Shown: positions 26,091 through 36,262, counted from the stretch's first letter. The stretch is 64,000 bases of DNA from Candidatus Aminicenantales bacterium (GCA_049697115.1 JBAVVD010000021.1:70409-134408), one strand, 5' to 3'. The notes: generated by a model not told the origin, from the letters alone. Numbers and translations are program-made.

Positions 26091-29000
26091 TCAATATTCG
26101 ATGAAAACCGAGTCCTCTCCCAGCAGATTCTGAATATTTTTGGTCAGCTCTTCGGATGGCAGAACGCCTTTGACAGAGACAGACTGGGCGAGCACCCGGT
26201 AGGAGTGGGGCGTTTCCAGCTCAAAAATAACCGGGCATTCTCCCGAATGTTTTTCCAGAACCGTCTTCAGCTCTTTGATTATGGATTCTTCAAGCCCGGG
26301 GAGGAAAATGCGAAGGACCATCCTCTTGGCCTGTTTCTGGAAGGCCTCGGCCAGGGGCATGACTTGCAGAAGCTGAACTCTACGGCTCTCTCCTCCACCC
26401 AAAAATCGACCCTTTATCCAGATAAGCCGGTCTTCATGGAGATATTCATAATACTTGCTGTAGCTGTCGGGAAAAGCGACGATTTCCACCCGTCCTGTCA
26501 TGTCTTCCAGGATGAAAGCCGCCATCCGCTCATCTTTCCGTGTCTTGAGCGGCTTCACAGAGATGATGATTCCGGCAAGTCGGACTTCATTGTTAAAGTC
26601 TTTCTCGTCATCCAGTTCTCCCATGGTATGGGATATGAGCCGGCGGAGATTCTTGAATTGGGCCAGGGGATGACCCGTAATGTAAAACCCTACGGCGTCC
26701 TTCTCATAAGAGAGGAAAAGCGACTCGTCCCATTCCCGCATCTCTTTGACCTCAAAGGGAATGGAAGGGGGTTCGAGCTGGCCGCTTCCGAAAAGAAGGT
26801 TTTGTTTGGCCGCTTTCATTTTCTGGATTTCATGGGCATATTCAATCATCCTGTCCACAAGATGAAAACACTGAGAGCGGCGCCACCCCAATGAGTCGAA
26901 AGCGCCGGCCTTGATCAGGCTCTCGATGACTTTCCGATTGACCACCTTGGAATCCACTTCGCGGAAGATATCGAAAAGGGAACTGAACTTGCCGTTTTCC
27001 TCCCTGGCTTGAATCAAGGACAGGGCGGTTCCCTCGCCGACATTTTTTATGGCGGACAGGCCGAATCGAATGGCCCCTTTGGAAACGGTGAAATTGAAAT
27101 CGCTCTCGTTAATGTCCGGCGGCAGCACTTCAATTCCCATTTCCTGGCACTCATTAATGTATTTGACCACTTGAGAAGTCGCTCCTTTTTCGGCTTCCGA
27201 AGTCAGAAGGGCGGCCATAAAATGGACAGGATAATGGGCCTTTAAATACGCGGTCTGAAGAGCCAGTGTCGCATAAGCGGCACTGTGGGATTTATTAAAG
27301 CCGTATCCGGCAAACTCCACAATCTGGGCAAAAATCTTAGTGGCCTTGGCCGGACTCAGGCCTCTTTTCCTGGCTCCCTGGAGAAAACGCTGCTTCTGGG
27401 CCTTCATGATTTCCGAGACCTTCTTGCCCATGGCCTTTCGCAGAACATCAGCCTCGGCCATGGTGAATCCGGCAACTTCCGTGGCGATTTGCATGACCTG
27501 CTCTTGATAGACAATAATCCCTTTCGTCTCTTCAAGGATGGGCTCAAGCTCCGGACATTCATAGGCGATCTGGTCCGGATGATTCTTGCGCTTGATAAAT
27601 TCATCCGTCATTCCGCTTTTTAAAGGACCGGGACGATACAGGGCGTTCAAGGCGATCAAATCCCGGAAGTTCTCCGGCCTGTACTTTCGCAGCAGGTCCT
27701 TCATCCCTGGACTTTCAAATTGAAATACGCCGTCCGTATTGCCCGCCTTAAAAAGATCAAACGTCTCTTTATCTTCGAGGGAGATCTTCCGCAAATCAAT
27801 CTTCTGGTTCAAATCTTTTTCAATAAGTCCGATGGTGTCCTGGATAACCGTCAGGTTGCGGAGCCCCAGCAGGTCCATTTTGAGCAACCCGATGGACTCA
27901 ATGTCTTCCATCGGAAACTGAGTGGTGATCTCTCCTTTGACGGACTGGTATAGAGGCATGAACTCCGTCAGGGGTTTGGGAGTGATGACAATTCCTGCGG
28001 CATGGATCGAAGGATGGCGCACCTGACCTTCCAGCCTCTGGGCCACGGAAAGAAGATGGGCGATCTTGACGTTCTTCTCCCTTAACTCTCTGAGCTGGGG
28101 GATGTTGTTCAGGGCTCCTTCGATCGTCGCTTCAGGCCCAAAAGGCGGGATCATTTTGGCGATTCGGTCCACTTCAGGAAGGGGAACTTCCAGCGCCCGG
28201 CCGACATCCCTGATGGACTGGCGGGCGGCCATGGTCCCAAAAGTAATAATCTGGCACACATTCTCCTGGCCGTATTTTTGGGTCACATACTCCAGGACTT
28301 TCTCCCTCCGTCTCCCGCAGAAATCAATGTCAATATCGGGGAGGCTTATTCTTTCGGGATTTAAAAACCTCTCAAAGAGAAGGTTATATTCAAGGGGATC
28401 AATGTCGGTTATTCCCAGGCAATAGGCCAGCAGGCTTCCTGCCGCCGAGCCCCGGCCCGGACCAACAGGAATGTTTTTTGACTTGGCCATGCGGATGAGG
28501 TCCCAGACGATCAGGAAATACCCTTCAAACCCCATCTCTTTGATCAGGTCGATTTCTCTTCTCAACCGCTCCTCGTATTCCTCGGGGCTATGAGAGACCT
28601 GGCCCTTTTCTTTTTTAAGGGGCAGGTCTTTCCTGCGCCCTTCGAATCCCTGCCAGGCAACCTGCTCAAAAAAGTCCTCTAAAGAAGCGCCTTCTGGAAC
28701 TTTAAACTGGGGCAAGAAATGCCCTGAAGAAGGAAGGGTGAAATGACAGAGTGAGGCAATCTTGGTCGTGTTCTCTATGGCTTCCGGGATCTCTCGAAAG
28801 AGCTCTGCCATCTCTTCGCCTGTCTTGAAATAAAACTCCGTTGAACCAAAGCGAATCCTATTCTGGTCGCTGACTTTCTTGTTTGTCTGGATACAGAGAA
28901 GGACATCGTGGCTCTCCGCATCGTCCTTGTGCAGGTAGTGGACATCATTTGTGGCCACGATTGGCAGATGGAGCTCGCGGGCAAGTCGGACAAGTTTGGG

Positions 29001-29570
29001 GTTGACCTCTTTTTGTGGCTTGAGTCCATGGTCTTGAATCTCGATAAAAAAGTTGCCTTTGGCAAAAATGGAAGAATATCCTGAAGCCACCTCTCTGGCC
29101 TCCTTCTCCAGCCCTTTATCCAGGAGGAAGGCGACCTCCCCTTTAAGGCAACTGGAAAGTCCGATCAATCCTTGACTGTACTGGGCCAGAAGCTCTTTAT
29201 CGATCCGGGGCCGATAATAAAATCCTTCCAGATAGCTCTTTGTGATCAGATGGCAGAGGTTTCTGTATCCCACCTCATTCTGCACCAGAAGAAGCAAATG
29301 GAAATGATAGGTCTCTTCTCTGTCCTCCGCTTTTTTGTTAAAACGGCTTTTGGGAGCCACGTAGACTTCGCACCCCAGGATGGGTTTCAGGCCGCGGGAT
29401 TTGGCTTCCTTGAAAAATTGCACGGCTCCAAAAATATTTCCGTGGTCCGTGAGGGCAACGGCAGGCATGTTGTTCTGATAAGCGGTTTCAATCAGGTCTT
29501 TGATCTTTAGAGCCCCATCCAGGATACTGAACTCTGAATGGTTGTGAAGATGGATAAAGGAATGCGCCAT
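26091..29570 (-). CDS. dnaE: DNA polymerase III alpha subunit
   Basis: PHP domain MAHSFIHLHNHSEFS, polymerase core, OB fold. ATG 29570 is preferred over the GTG 29582 of the ORF track. Confidence 0.95.
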   Translation of the reverse strand: MAHSFIHLHNHSEFSILDGALKIKDLIETAYQNNMPAVALTDHGNIFGAVQFFKEAKSRGLKPILGCEVYVAPKSRFNKKAEDREETYHFHLLLLVQNEVGYRNLCHLITKSYLEGFYYRPRIDKELLAQYSQGLIGLSSCLKGEVAFLLDKGLEKEAREVASGYSSIFAKGNFFIEIQDHGLKPQKEVNPKLVRLARELHLPIVATNDVHYLHKDDAESHDVLLCIQTNKKVSDQNRIRFGSTEFYFKTGEEMAELFREIPEAIENTTKIASLCHFTLPSSGHFLPQFKVPEGASLEDFFEQVAWQGFEGRRKDLPLKKEKGQVSHSPEEYEERLRREIDLIKEMGFEGYFLIVWDLIRMAKSKNIPVGPGRGSAAGSLLAYCLGITDIDPLEYNLLFERFLNPERISLPDIDIDFCGRRREKVLEYVTQKYGQENVCQIITFGTMAARQSIRDVGRALEVPLPEVDRIAKMIPPFGPEATIEGALNNIPQLRELREKNVKIAHLLSVAQRLEGQVRHPSIHAAGIVITPKPLTEFMPLYQSVKGEITTQFPMEDIESIGLLKMDLLGLRNLTVIQDTIGLIEKDLNQKIDLRKISLEDKETFDLFKAGNTDGVFQFESPGMKDLLRKYRPENFRDLIALNALYRPGPLKSGMTDEFIKRKNHPDQIAYECPELEPILEETKGIIVYQEQVMQIATEVAGFTMAEADVLRKAMGKKVSEIMKAQKQRFLQGARKRGLSPAKATKIFAQIVEFAGYGFNKSHSAAYATLALQTAYLKAHYPVHFMAALLTSEAEKGATSQVVKYINECQEMGIEVLPPDINESDFNFTVSKGAIRFGLSAIKNVGEGTALSLIQAREENGKFSSLFDIFREVDSKVVNRKVIESLIKAGAFDSLGWRRSQCFHLVDRMIEYAHEIQKMKAAKQNLLFGSGQLEPPSIPFEVKEMREWDESLFLSYEKDAVGFYITGHPLAQFKNLRRLISHTMGELDDEKDFNNEVRLAGIIISVKPLKTRKDERMAAFILEDMTGRVEIVAFPDSYSKYYEYLHEDRLIWIKGRFLGGGESRRVQLLQVMPLAEAFQKQAKRMVLRIFLPGLEESIIKELKTVLEKHSGECPVIFELETPHSYRVLAQSVSVKGVLPSEELTKNIQNLLGEDSVFIEY

Positions 29571-29572
29571 GA

Positions 29573-31105
29573 TTATTCCCACTCTATTGTCCCAGGCGGC
29601 TTGGCTGTGACGTCATAGACAATGCGGTTAACTCCTTGAACTTCATTGACAATGCGGGTCGATATTCGCGCGAGAAGTTCCGGCGCGGCTGGAAACCAGT
29701 TGGCCGTCATCCCGTCCACGCTTTGAACAAGCCTCAGGACCACAACCCGCTGGTAGGTCCTCTGATCTCCCATAACTCCCACCGATTTGACGGGGAGGAG
29801 CACAGCAAATGCCTGCCACAGTTTGTGATAGAGACCCGCCTTTCGAATTTCCTGGAGGAGAATATGGTCCGACTGCCTCAAGATATCGAGGCTCTCCTGA
29901 TTGACCTCCCCGATAATTCTCACAGCCAGACCTGGCCCTGGAAAAGGATGCTGAAAGACAAAGTCCCTGTCCAACCCCAGATCCAGAGCAAGGGTACGGA
30001 CCTCATCTTTAAAAAGCTCTCTCAGGGGTTCCACGAGCTTGAATTTGAGACGCCGTGGAAGGCCCCCGACGTTATGATGAGATTTGATGGTCGCAGAAGG
30101 CCCTCTGACAGGATTGCTCTCGATGACATCCGGATAAATCGTTCCCTGGGCGAGAAATTCAACGCCGCCAATTTTTTGGGCCTGCTCTTCAAATATACGG
30201 ATGAAGAGGCCGCCAATGATTTTTCTCTTTCGCTCCGGAGAAGAAACGCCGCGGAGTCTCTCCAGAAAAATCTGTGAGGCGTCGACGCCAAGGACATTTA
30301 AAGACAGCTTCTCTCTGAACTTATTCATTAGCTCCTGGTGCTGTCCTTGGCGGAGAAGTCCGTTGTCGACGAAAATACAGTAGAGATTTGACTTTACGGC
30401 TTTATGGACGAGCAGGGACGACACCAGCGAATCCACGCCTCCGCTGAGCCCGCAAATAACCTTGTTTTTTCCCACAGCCTGGCGAATTTCATCCACTTTT
30501 TTCTCGATAACTGAAGACATATTCCAGTCCGCCCTCAAGCCGGCTATCTTGAACAGAAAATTAGAAAGAATCTTTTTCCCTTCTTTGGTATGAATGACTT
30601 CCGGGTGAAATTGGACGCCATAAAAATTTTGATCTCTGTTTTCAATAACAGCCGCTTCCGTGTTGGCTGTCTTTCCGGAAATCACAAACACGGGAGGAAT
30701 TCTCTCTACCCTGTCTCCATGGCTCATCCATACCTGCTCACAATCCTTGACGCCGTCCAGCAGCCCCTCCCTCTCCAGAACCTTGAGGGAAGCGAATCCG
30801 TACTCTCTCTTGGCCGATTTAACCACCCTTCCCCCCAAGAGATACGCCATAAGCTGCAGCCCGTAGCAAATTCCCAGGACGGGAACTTCCATCCTGAATA
30901 TTTCCGGGGAAGGAAGGGGCGCGCTTTTTTCATAAACGCTCTGGGGGCCGCCGGATAGGATGAGAGCCAGCGGTTTTTCTTTTTTCAGCCTGGAAACAGG
31001 AGTATGGAAAGGAAATATCTCGGAGTAGACCCCAAGCTCCCTGATTTTGCGGGTGATGAGCTGCGTGTATTGAGAACCAAAATCAAGGACAAGGACTTTC
31101 TCCAT
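29573..31105 (-). CDS. guaA: GMP synthase (glutamine-hydrolysing)
   Basis: GATase domain (GICYGLQ), ATP-PPase SGGVDS motif, C-terminal dimerisation domain ending PPGTIEWE. Confidence 0.95.
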   Translation of the reverse strand: MEKVLVLDFGSQYTQLITRKIRELGVYSEIFPFHTPVSRLKKEKPLALILSGGPQSVYEKSAPLPSPEIFRMEVPVLGICYGLQLMAYLLGGRVVKSAKREYGFASLKVLEREGLLDGVKDCEQVWMSHGDRVERIPPVFVISGKTANTEAAVIENRDQNFYGVQFHPEVIHTKEGKKILSNFLFKIAGLRADWNMSSVIEKKVDEIRQAVGKNKVICGLSGGVDSLVSSLLVHKAVKSNLYCIFVDNGLLRQGQHQELMNKFREKLSLNVLGVDASQIFLERLRGVSSPERKRKIIGGLFIRIFEEQAQKIGGVEFLAQGTIYPDVIESNPVRGPSATIKSHHNVGGLPRRLKFKLVEPLRELFKDEVRTLALDLGLDRDFVFQHPFPGPGLAVRIIGEVNQESLDILRQSDHILLQEIRKAGLYHKLWQAFAVLLPVKSVGVMGDQRTYQRVVVLRLVQSVDGMTANWFPAAPELLARISTRIVNEVQGVNRIVYDVTAKPPGTIEWE

Positions 31106-31275
31106 GTTCTGATTTTAGCAGAGGAAGTTCAACCTCACAAGTAGCGATAGTGCTAAAGGACGCAGGTCTTCGAATCGAGGAAATTTCCGCCGAGGGGGAA
31201 AGCGAAGCTGTTCCCCCCTCCAAGACGCCGATGGGGCCAAAGCCCGCGGGCCTTCGAACCGCGTACTCTTTGCCC

Positions 31276-31298
31276 AATGACCTTATATTTTTCACGGT
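31276..31298 (+). repeat. 23-nt motif AATGACCTTATATTTTTCACGGT, copy 2
   Basis: Exact match to 9677-9699. Ends 25 nt upstream of the apgM -35 hexamer. Confidence 0.85.
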
Positions 31299-31323
31299 AT
31301 TGATTACATGGCCTTGAACAAAA

Positions 31324-31352
31324 TTGACATCAAAGAGGAGATTTTTTATAGT
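31324..31352 (+). promoter_or_regulatory. Sigma70-type promoter TTGACA-17-TATAGT, 8 nt upstream of the apgM ATG
   Basis: Hexamers and spacing read directly from the sequence. Implies a leaderless or near-leaderless mRNA. Confidence 0.5.
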
Positions 31353-31360
31353 GTAATCTT

Positions 31361-32563
31361 ATGGACTGGGAAAAAATCGCGAAAGATTTATCCGTCGCCA
31401 CAGAATCGAAGATTGTGCTTTTAGTCATTGACGGGCTGGGCGGAGTCCCTGTCAATGGAAAAACAGAGCTCGAAGCGGCCCGCTCGCCGCATCTCGATTC
31501 TCTTGCGGCCAAAGGAATCTGCGGCCTCACTGATCCTGTCTTCATGGGGATAACACCCGGAAGCGGCCCGGCTCATCTGGCTCTCTTCGGCTATGACCCT
31601 CTCAAATACCAGCTCGGCCGGGGAATTCTCGAAGCCCTGGGCTCGGGAGTCGAGGTAGGAGAAGGAGACCTTGTGGCCAGGGGAAATTTCGCTACACTTA
31701 AAGACGAACTGATCATCGACCGCCGGGCAGGAAGGATTCCGACAGACGAATGTGAAAAATTATGCCAACGTCTAAACCAGGCCTTAAAAGACAGAAAAGG
31801 AATAAAAATAACCCTCTTTGCCGGAAAAGAGCATCGTTTTGTGGCGAAGTTCAGCGGACAAGGACTTTCAGACGCTCTCACGGACGCAGACCCGCAAAAA
31901 GACCACAAGCCTAGAGTTCCCACCCGGCCTCTATCTCCTGAGGCGGCCTATACCGCAGAGGCTGTCAACCGATTTCTGGACGAAGCCGTGGAAATCCTGA
32001 AAGGTTCTTCAGCCGCCAATGCCGTCCTTCTCAGAGGCTTTTCTTTACTCCCCCTGATCCCCCAAATGCAGGATCTCTATAAGCTTAATCCCGCAGCCAT
32101 AGCCAACTATCCCATGTATAAAGGGCTGGCCAGGCTTCTCGGAATGAAGACCTACGATGTGGGTCCTGAGACAGGCGAGATTTTTGATTCTCTCGAAAAA
32201 CACTATCAAGACCATGACTTTTTCTTTGTTCATTATAAAAAAACAGATGCGGCCGGCGAGGATGGTAATTATGAGGCCAAGGTTCGCGCCATTGAAGAAA
32301 TCGATCGCTTCCTTCCCCGCCTGGAAGCCTTAACAGCAACCGTCCTTGTGATAACCTCCGATCATTCAACTCCATCGCTCCTCAAATCCCATTCCTGGCA
32401 CCCCAATCCTTTTCTGCTCATTTCTCCTGCGTCCATCCCTGATTCAGTGGCGTCTTGCACGGAAAGAGAGTGCGCCCGCGGGATGCTGGGAAGATTTCAG
32501 GCTATCTATGCCATGCCCTTGATGCTGGCCTATGCGGGGAAAATGCGAAAATTCGGAGCATGA
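31361..32563 (+). CDS. apgM: Cofactor-independent phosphoglycerate mutase, archaeal-type (ApgM family)
   Basis: LLVIDGLGG, metal-site region ITSDHSTP, about 400 aa. Confidence 0.85.
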   Translation: MDWEKIAKDLSVATESKIVLLVIDGLGGVPVNGKTELEAARSPHLDSLAAKGICGLTDPVFMGITPGSGPAHLALFGYDPLKYQLGRGILEALGSGVEVGEGDLVARGNFATLKDELIIDRRAGRIPTDECEKLCQRLNQALKDRKGIKITLFAGKEHRFVAKFSGQGLSDALTDADPQKDHKPRVPTRPLSPEAAYTAEAVNRFLDEAVEILKGSSAANAVLLRGFSLLPLIPQMQDLYKLNPAAIANYPMYKGLARLLGMKTYDVGPETGEIFDSLEKHYQDHDFFFVHYKKTDAAGEDGNYEAKVRAIEEIDRFLPRLEALTATVLVITSDHSTPSLLKSHSWHPNPFLLISPASIPDSVASCTERECARGMLGRFQAIYAMPLMLAYAGKMRKFGA

Positions 32564-32615
32564 ACAGACATATTAGGCAACCGGACGATCGGAAAATTAC
32601 TTTGTGTAAACCCAG

Positions 32616-33791
32616 GTGGCATTGAAAAAGACATTTATTTTCCTCTGGTTTATATCTTTCCTCTTCTCGGCCCCGAATATTTCAAACTCGCAGGCCCTCG
32701 CGGAAGTCTACAACCTTCGCCATTTCACCCATCCTAACTTTACGCGGATTGTCATCGATGTCGGCGTATTGAGGGAATATGTCTATAACGAGTTGCGCCA
32801 GCCGGCGCGAATTTATGTGGATGTCTTCCAGGTCAAGCTGAATCCGATTCTCCACGAACAGACTTTTGTGATTAAAAATGATTATCTCGACCTGATCCGC
32901 ATAGCCCAGAAAGAGCCCTCCACCGTGAGGGTTGTCGTCGAGCTCGACTTTAATAAAGTCGAGCGCTACCAGGTTTTTCATGTCTTTGATCCCTTTCGAA
33001 TCGTCATCGACATCTTTCCCAAAGGACCACGCCTCTCTGATCCCTCTCCCAAGGCTCCACAGCCTCCGGTGCCGACAAAATCGGGCTACAGCATGGCCAG
33101 GCAGCTCGGGCTGGGAATAAAAACCATTGTCATCGATCCAGGGCACGGCGGTGAGGATCCGGGCTGTATGGACCGGACCGGGGAAAAAGAAAAGGATATC
33201 GTCCTCGATGTTTCGCTGCGGCTGAAAGCGCTCCTGGACCAGAACAAAGACCTGAGAGTGGTCCTGACGCGGGAAACAGACATCTTTATTCCTCTGGAAA
33301 ACAGGACGGTCATCGCCAATCAGCAGAAGGCCGACCTCTTCATTTCCATCCACGTCAACTCCAGCACCAACAGAAATCTCCGGGGAATTGAAACCTTCTA
33401 CCTCAATTTCAGCCCTGACCTGAGCGTTAACGAAACGGCCGCCAGAGAAAATGCCACGAGCGCCAAAAACATCAGCGAAATGGAAAAAATCATTAAAAAA
33501 ATCGTCCGCAACAGCAAGATCATTGAATCTAAGGATCTGGCTGAAAAGATCCAAAATCATCTGATCAAACACATCTCCAGGACTTTCCCCGATACGCATA
33601 CCCTGGGAACAAAAGGAGGTCCTTTCTGGGTCCTCATCGGCGGGGAAATGCCGTCGGTGCTCATCGAGGTCTCTTATCTGTCCAACATCAAGAATGCCCA
33701 AAGACTGAAAAGCGTTTCATTTCGCCAGTTGGTTGCAGAGGGCATTTTTCAGGGCATAATGGAATACATCCACTCTTTAGGAAAGGCATAA
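32616..33791 (+). CDS. N-acetylmuramoyl-L-alanine amidase with N-terminal AMIN domain
   Basis: Signal peptide, AMIN-like RIVIDV/VVVELD repeats, catalytic VIDPGHGGEDPG and ISIHVNS motifs. GTG start. Confidence 0.85.
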   Translation: MALKKTFIFLWFISFLFSAPNISNSQALAEVYNLRHFTHPNFTRIVIDVGVLREYVYNELRQPARIYVDVFQVKLNPILHEQTFVIKNDYLDLIRIAQKEPSTVRVVVELDFNKVERYQVFHVFDPFRIVIDIFPKGPRLSDPSPKAPQPPVPTKSGYSMARQLGLGIKTIVIDPGHGGEDPGCMDRTGEKEKDIVLDVSLRLKALLDQNKDLRVVLTRETDIFIPLENRTVIANQQKADLFISIHVNSSTNRNLRGIETFYLNFSPDLSVNETAARENATSAKNISEMEKIIKKIVRNSKIIESKDLAEKIQNHLIKHISRTFPDTHTLGTKGGPFWVLIGGEMPSVLIEVSYLSNIKNAQRLKSVSFRQLVAEGIFQGIMEYIHSLGKA

Positions 33792-33794
33792 AAT

Positions 33795-34679
33795 ATGAAG
33801 CGAAGAGATTTTCTAAAAGACGCGGCTTTGGGAAGTCTTATTCTCAAATGCAGTCCGCGCCTCTTGGCGCAGACAAATTTCCCGGACCTGGCAATTGTCC
33901 ATGGAAATTCTCCTTCAGCGATCACCAAAGAAGCCATTGCGACACTCGGCGGGATGAAGCGCTTCGTGGCAAAGGGCGATTTGGTCTTAGTCAAACCCAA
34001 TATCGGCTGGGACAGGACTCCGGAGCAGGCGGCTTGCACCAATCCTGAAGTGGTGAAAACGCTTGTCGCGCTCTGCCTGGAAGCCGGAGCCAAAGAAGTC
34101 ATCGTCATGGACAATACGATCAACCAGGCCAAGAGGTGCTATGTCCGCTCGGGAATTGAATCGGCGGCCAGAGAGGCCGGAGCCAAGGTGCTCTTTCCCA
34201 ATCCACGCCACTTCAAGAAAATGGCCATTCGAGGCGAATGGCTTAAAGAATGGGAAGTCATTCAGGATTTTGTCGAAGTGGATAAACTCATCAACGTCCC
34301 GGTGGCCAAGACCCACAGTCTTTCAAGGGTAACTCTCGGTATGAAAAACTGGCTCGGTGCGATCGGTGGAAGCCGCAACCAGCTCCATCAGAAAATCGAC
34401 CAGGCTATGATTGACCTTGCCTCCTTTTTCAAACCCACCCTATCTGTCCTTGACGCCTACCGCATTCTCACCAGGAATGGGCCGCAGGGAGGCCGCCTTT
34501 CGGACACTCAACTCTTCAAGACCGTTGTGGCTGGCGTGGACTATGTGGCGGTAGACGCCATGGGTTCCACTTTCTTCGAGATCCCTCCAGAAGAACTTCC
34601 CTTTCTGAGCATTGCCCATCAAAAAGGGCTTGGCAATATTAATCTGGAGAAGCTTCACATTGAAAAAAGAACGGTCTAA
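33795..34679 (+). CDS. DUF362-family protein with twin-arginine signal
   Basis: MKRRDFLKDAALG Tat motif. VLVKPNIGW...VVKTLVALCLEAGAKEVIVMDN is typical of DUF362. Confidence 0.7.
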   Translation: MKRRDFLKDAALGSLILKCSPRLLAQTNFPDLAIVHGNSPSAITKEAIATLGGMKRFVAKGDLVLVKPNIGWDRTPEQAACTNPEVVKTLVALCLEAGAKEVIVMDNTINQAKRCYVRSGIESAAREAGAKVLFPNPRHFKKMAIRGEWLKEWEVIQDFVEVDKLINVPVAKTHSLSRVTLGMKNWLGAIGGSRNQLHQKIDQAMIDLASFFKPTLSVLDAYRILTRNGPQGGRLSDTQLFKTVVAGVDYVAVDAMGSTFFEIPPEELPFLSIAHQKGLGNINLEKLHIEKRTV

Positions 34680-36234
34680 AAAACATAGGTTTCTTCAAGC
34701 TTTGCGCATTGTCTCCCAAGCGGTATTCTTCCTGCTCTTCCTCTATCTGTTCTTTGGCACCCATTTCACCGGAAAAGATTACATCGGTCATGTGGAAATC
34801 TTTTTTCACTTTGATCCTCTTTTAGGCACAGCCACATTTCTTTCCTCTCGGGCGGCCCATGCATCTTTTGCCCTGGCGGCGGTGACCATTCTGGTCACAT
34901 TTATCCTGGGCCGGGTTGTCTGCGGCTGGATTTGCCCGCTTGGTGCCTTTCACCAATTCTTCTCCTTTGTCTTTAAAAAAGCGAAACTCCTGAAGGTGAA
35001 AAAAACACAGAACGCCGGACTGGCCTGGAAATATTATATTCTCATCTTCATCCTTGTCGGTTCGCTGTTCACGCTCGACCTTGTGGGAGTCTTTGATCCT
35101 CTTTCGCTGCTCTATCGGTCGATGACCACAAGTATTGTCCCTGCTTTGGCTCAGGATTTTTCAGCCATGATTGGACTTTTCTACACAGCGCATCTGGCTT
35201 CAGCTGGAGACAGCCTCATGCAGTTTTTCCAAAACCTGATGATCCACTCAACCTTCCGGCAGGGATTTTTCATCGGATTAATCTTTCTCGGGCTTATCCT
35301 TCTGAATCTGGCCAAAGAGAGGTTCTGGTGCCGATACTTGTGTCCGCTGGGTGCTTTTCTGGGGCTTGTTTCCCGATGGAATATATTCAAGCTCAAGGTG
35401 GACGGTCAGAAATGCATCGAATGCCACCTCTGCACCCTTCACTGCGAAACACAGGCCAATCCATTCCCAAATGAAAACTGGAGAAGCCAGGAATGTGTCT
35501 ACTGCGAAACCTGTGCCGCCGTCTGTCCCACTGCAGCCATCCGTTTCCCCCTGAAGGGGACGCCCGAAAAAACGACTTCCCTTAGCCTGAGCCGCCGAAA
35601 GCTCATCCTGACTTCTTTCCTGGCCTTATTTTCCGTGCCTTTCTTCCGAATATCCCAGGCGACAAAACGCTCCTCTGAGAAGCTCATCCGTCCTCCAGGA
35701 GCGCTGCCTGAAAAACAATTTCTTCCGAAATGTGTCAAATGCGGTGAGTGCATGAAAGCTTGTCCCACAAACGGACTGCAGCCGGCGTTGACGGAAGCCG
35801 GACCGGAAGGAATCTGGACGCCGATGCTCGTCCCTAAAATCGGCTACTGCGAATACTACTGTTCGCTCTGCTCCCAGGTCTGTCCGACAGGAGCAATCAA
35901 GGAACTGGCTGTTGAGGAAAAACTGAAGGTCAAGATCGGCACCGCCTGGATCAATAAAAACCGGTGCATTCCATATTTTCTCGGAAAGCCCTGTATTGTC
36001 TGTGAGGAACACTGCCCGACCTCCCCCAAGGCCATCAAATTTGTCTGGGTGGAAACCAAGCTTTCCGACGGTTCGACATCCACTCAAAAAGCACCGGTCA
36101 TTGATCTCACCCTCTGTATTGGCTGCGGTATTTGTGAAAACAAATGTCCCGTTGTCGATGACCCGGCCATCTATGTCACCAGCGTCGGCGAGAGCCGATC
36201 CGAACGAAACCAGCTCCTCCTTCCACTGAAATAG
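34660..36234 (+). CDS. Membrane-bound NapH/MauN-like polyferredoxin (six Cys clusters)
   Basis: CGWICPLGAF and CRYLCPLGAF TM-associated motifs plus six CxxCxxCxxxCP-type motifs. TTG 34660 is preferred over ATG 34612, which lies deep inside the upstream gene. Confidence 0.75.
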   Translation: MKKERSKKHRFLQALRIVSQAVFFLLFLYLFFGTHFTGKDYIGHVEIFFHFDPLLGTATFLSSRAAHASFALAAVTILVTFILGRVVCGWICPLGAFHQFFSFVFKKAKLLKVKKTQNAGLAWKYYILIFILVGSLFTLDLVGVFDPLSLLYRSMTTSIVPALAQDFSAMIGLFYTAHLASAGDSLMQFFQNLMIHSTFRQGFFIGLIFLGLILLNLAKERFWCRYLCPLGAFLGLVSRWNIFKLKVDGQKCIECHLCTLHCETQANPFPNENWRSQECVYCETCAAVCPTAAIRFPLKGTPEKTTSLSLSRRKLILTSFLALFSVPFFRISQATKRSSEKLIRPPGALPEKQFLPKCVKCGECMKACPTNGLQPALTEAGPEGIWTPMLVPKIGYCEYYCSLCSQVCPTGAIKELAVEEKLKVKIGTAWINKNRCIPYFLGKPCIVCEEHCPTSPKAIKFVWVETKLSDGSTSTQKAPVIDLTLCIGCGICENKCPVVDDPAIYVTSVGESRSERNQLLLPLK

Positions 36235-36262
36235 GGGACACCATACTTATTTCCTAATTTTT

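Noticed and set aside
31106-31330. Possible purine/guanine-type riboswitch in the guaA upstream region.
   Set aside because: The conserved purine-riboswitch loops and junction sequences are not present on the guaA-sense strand. The structures seen are simple GC hairpins and palindromes.
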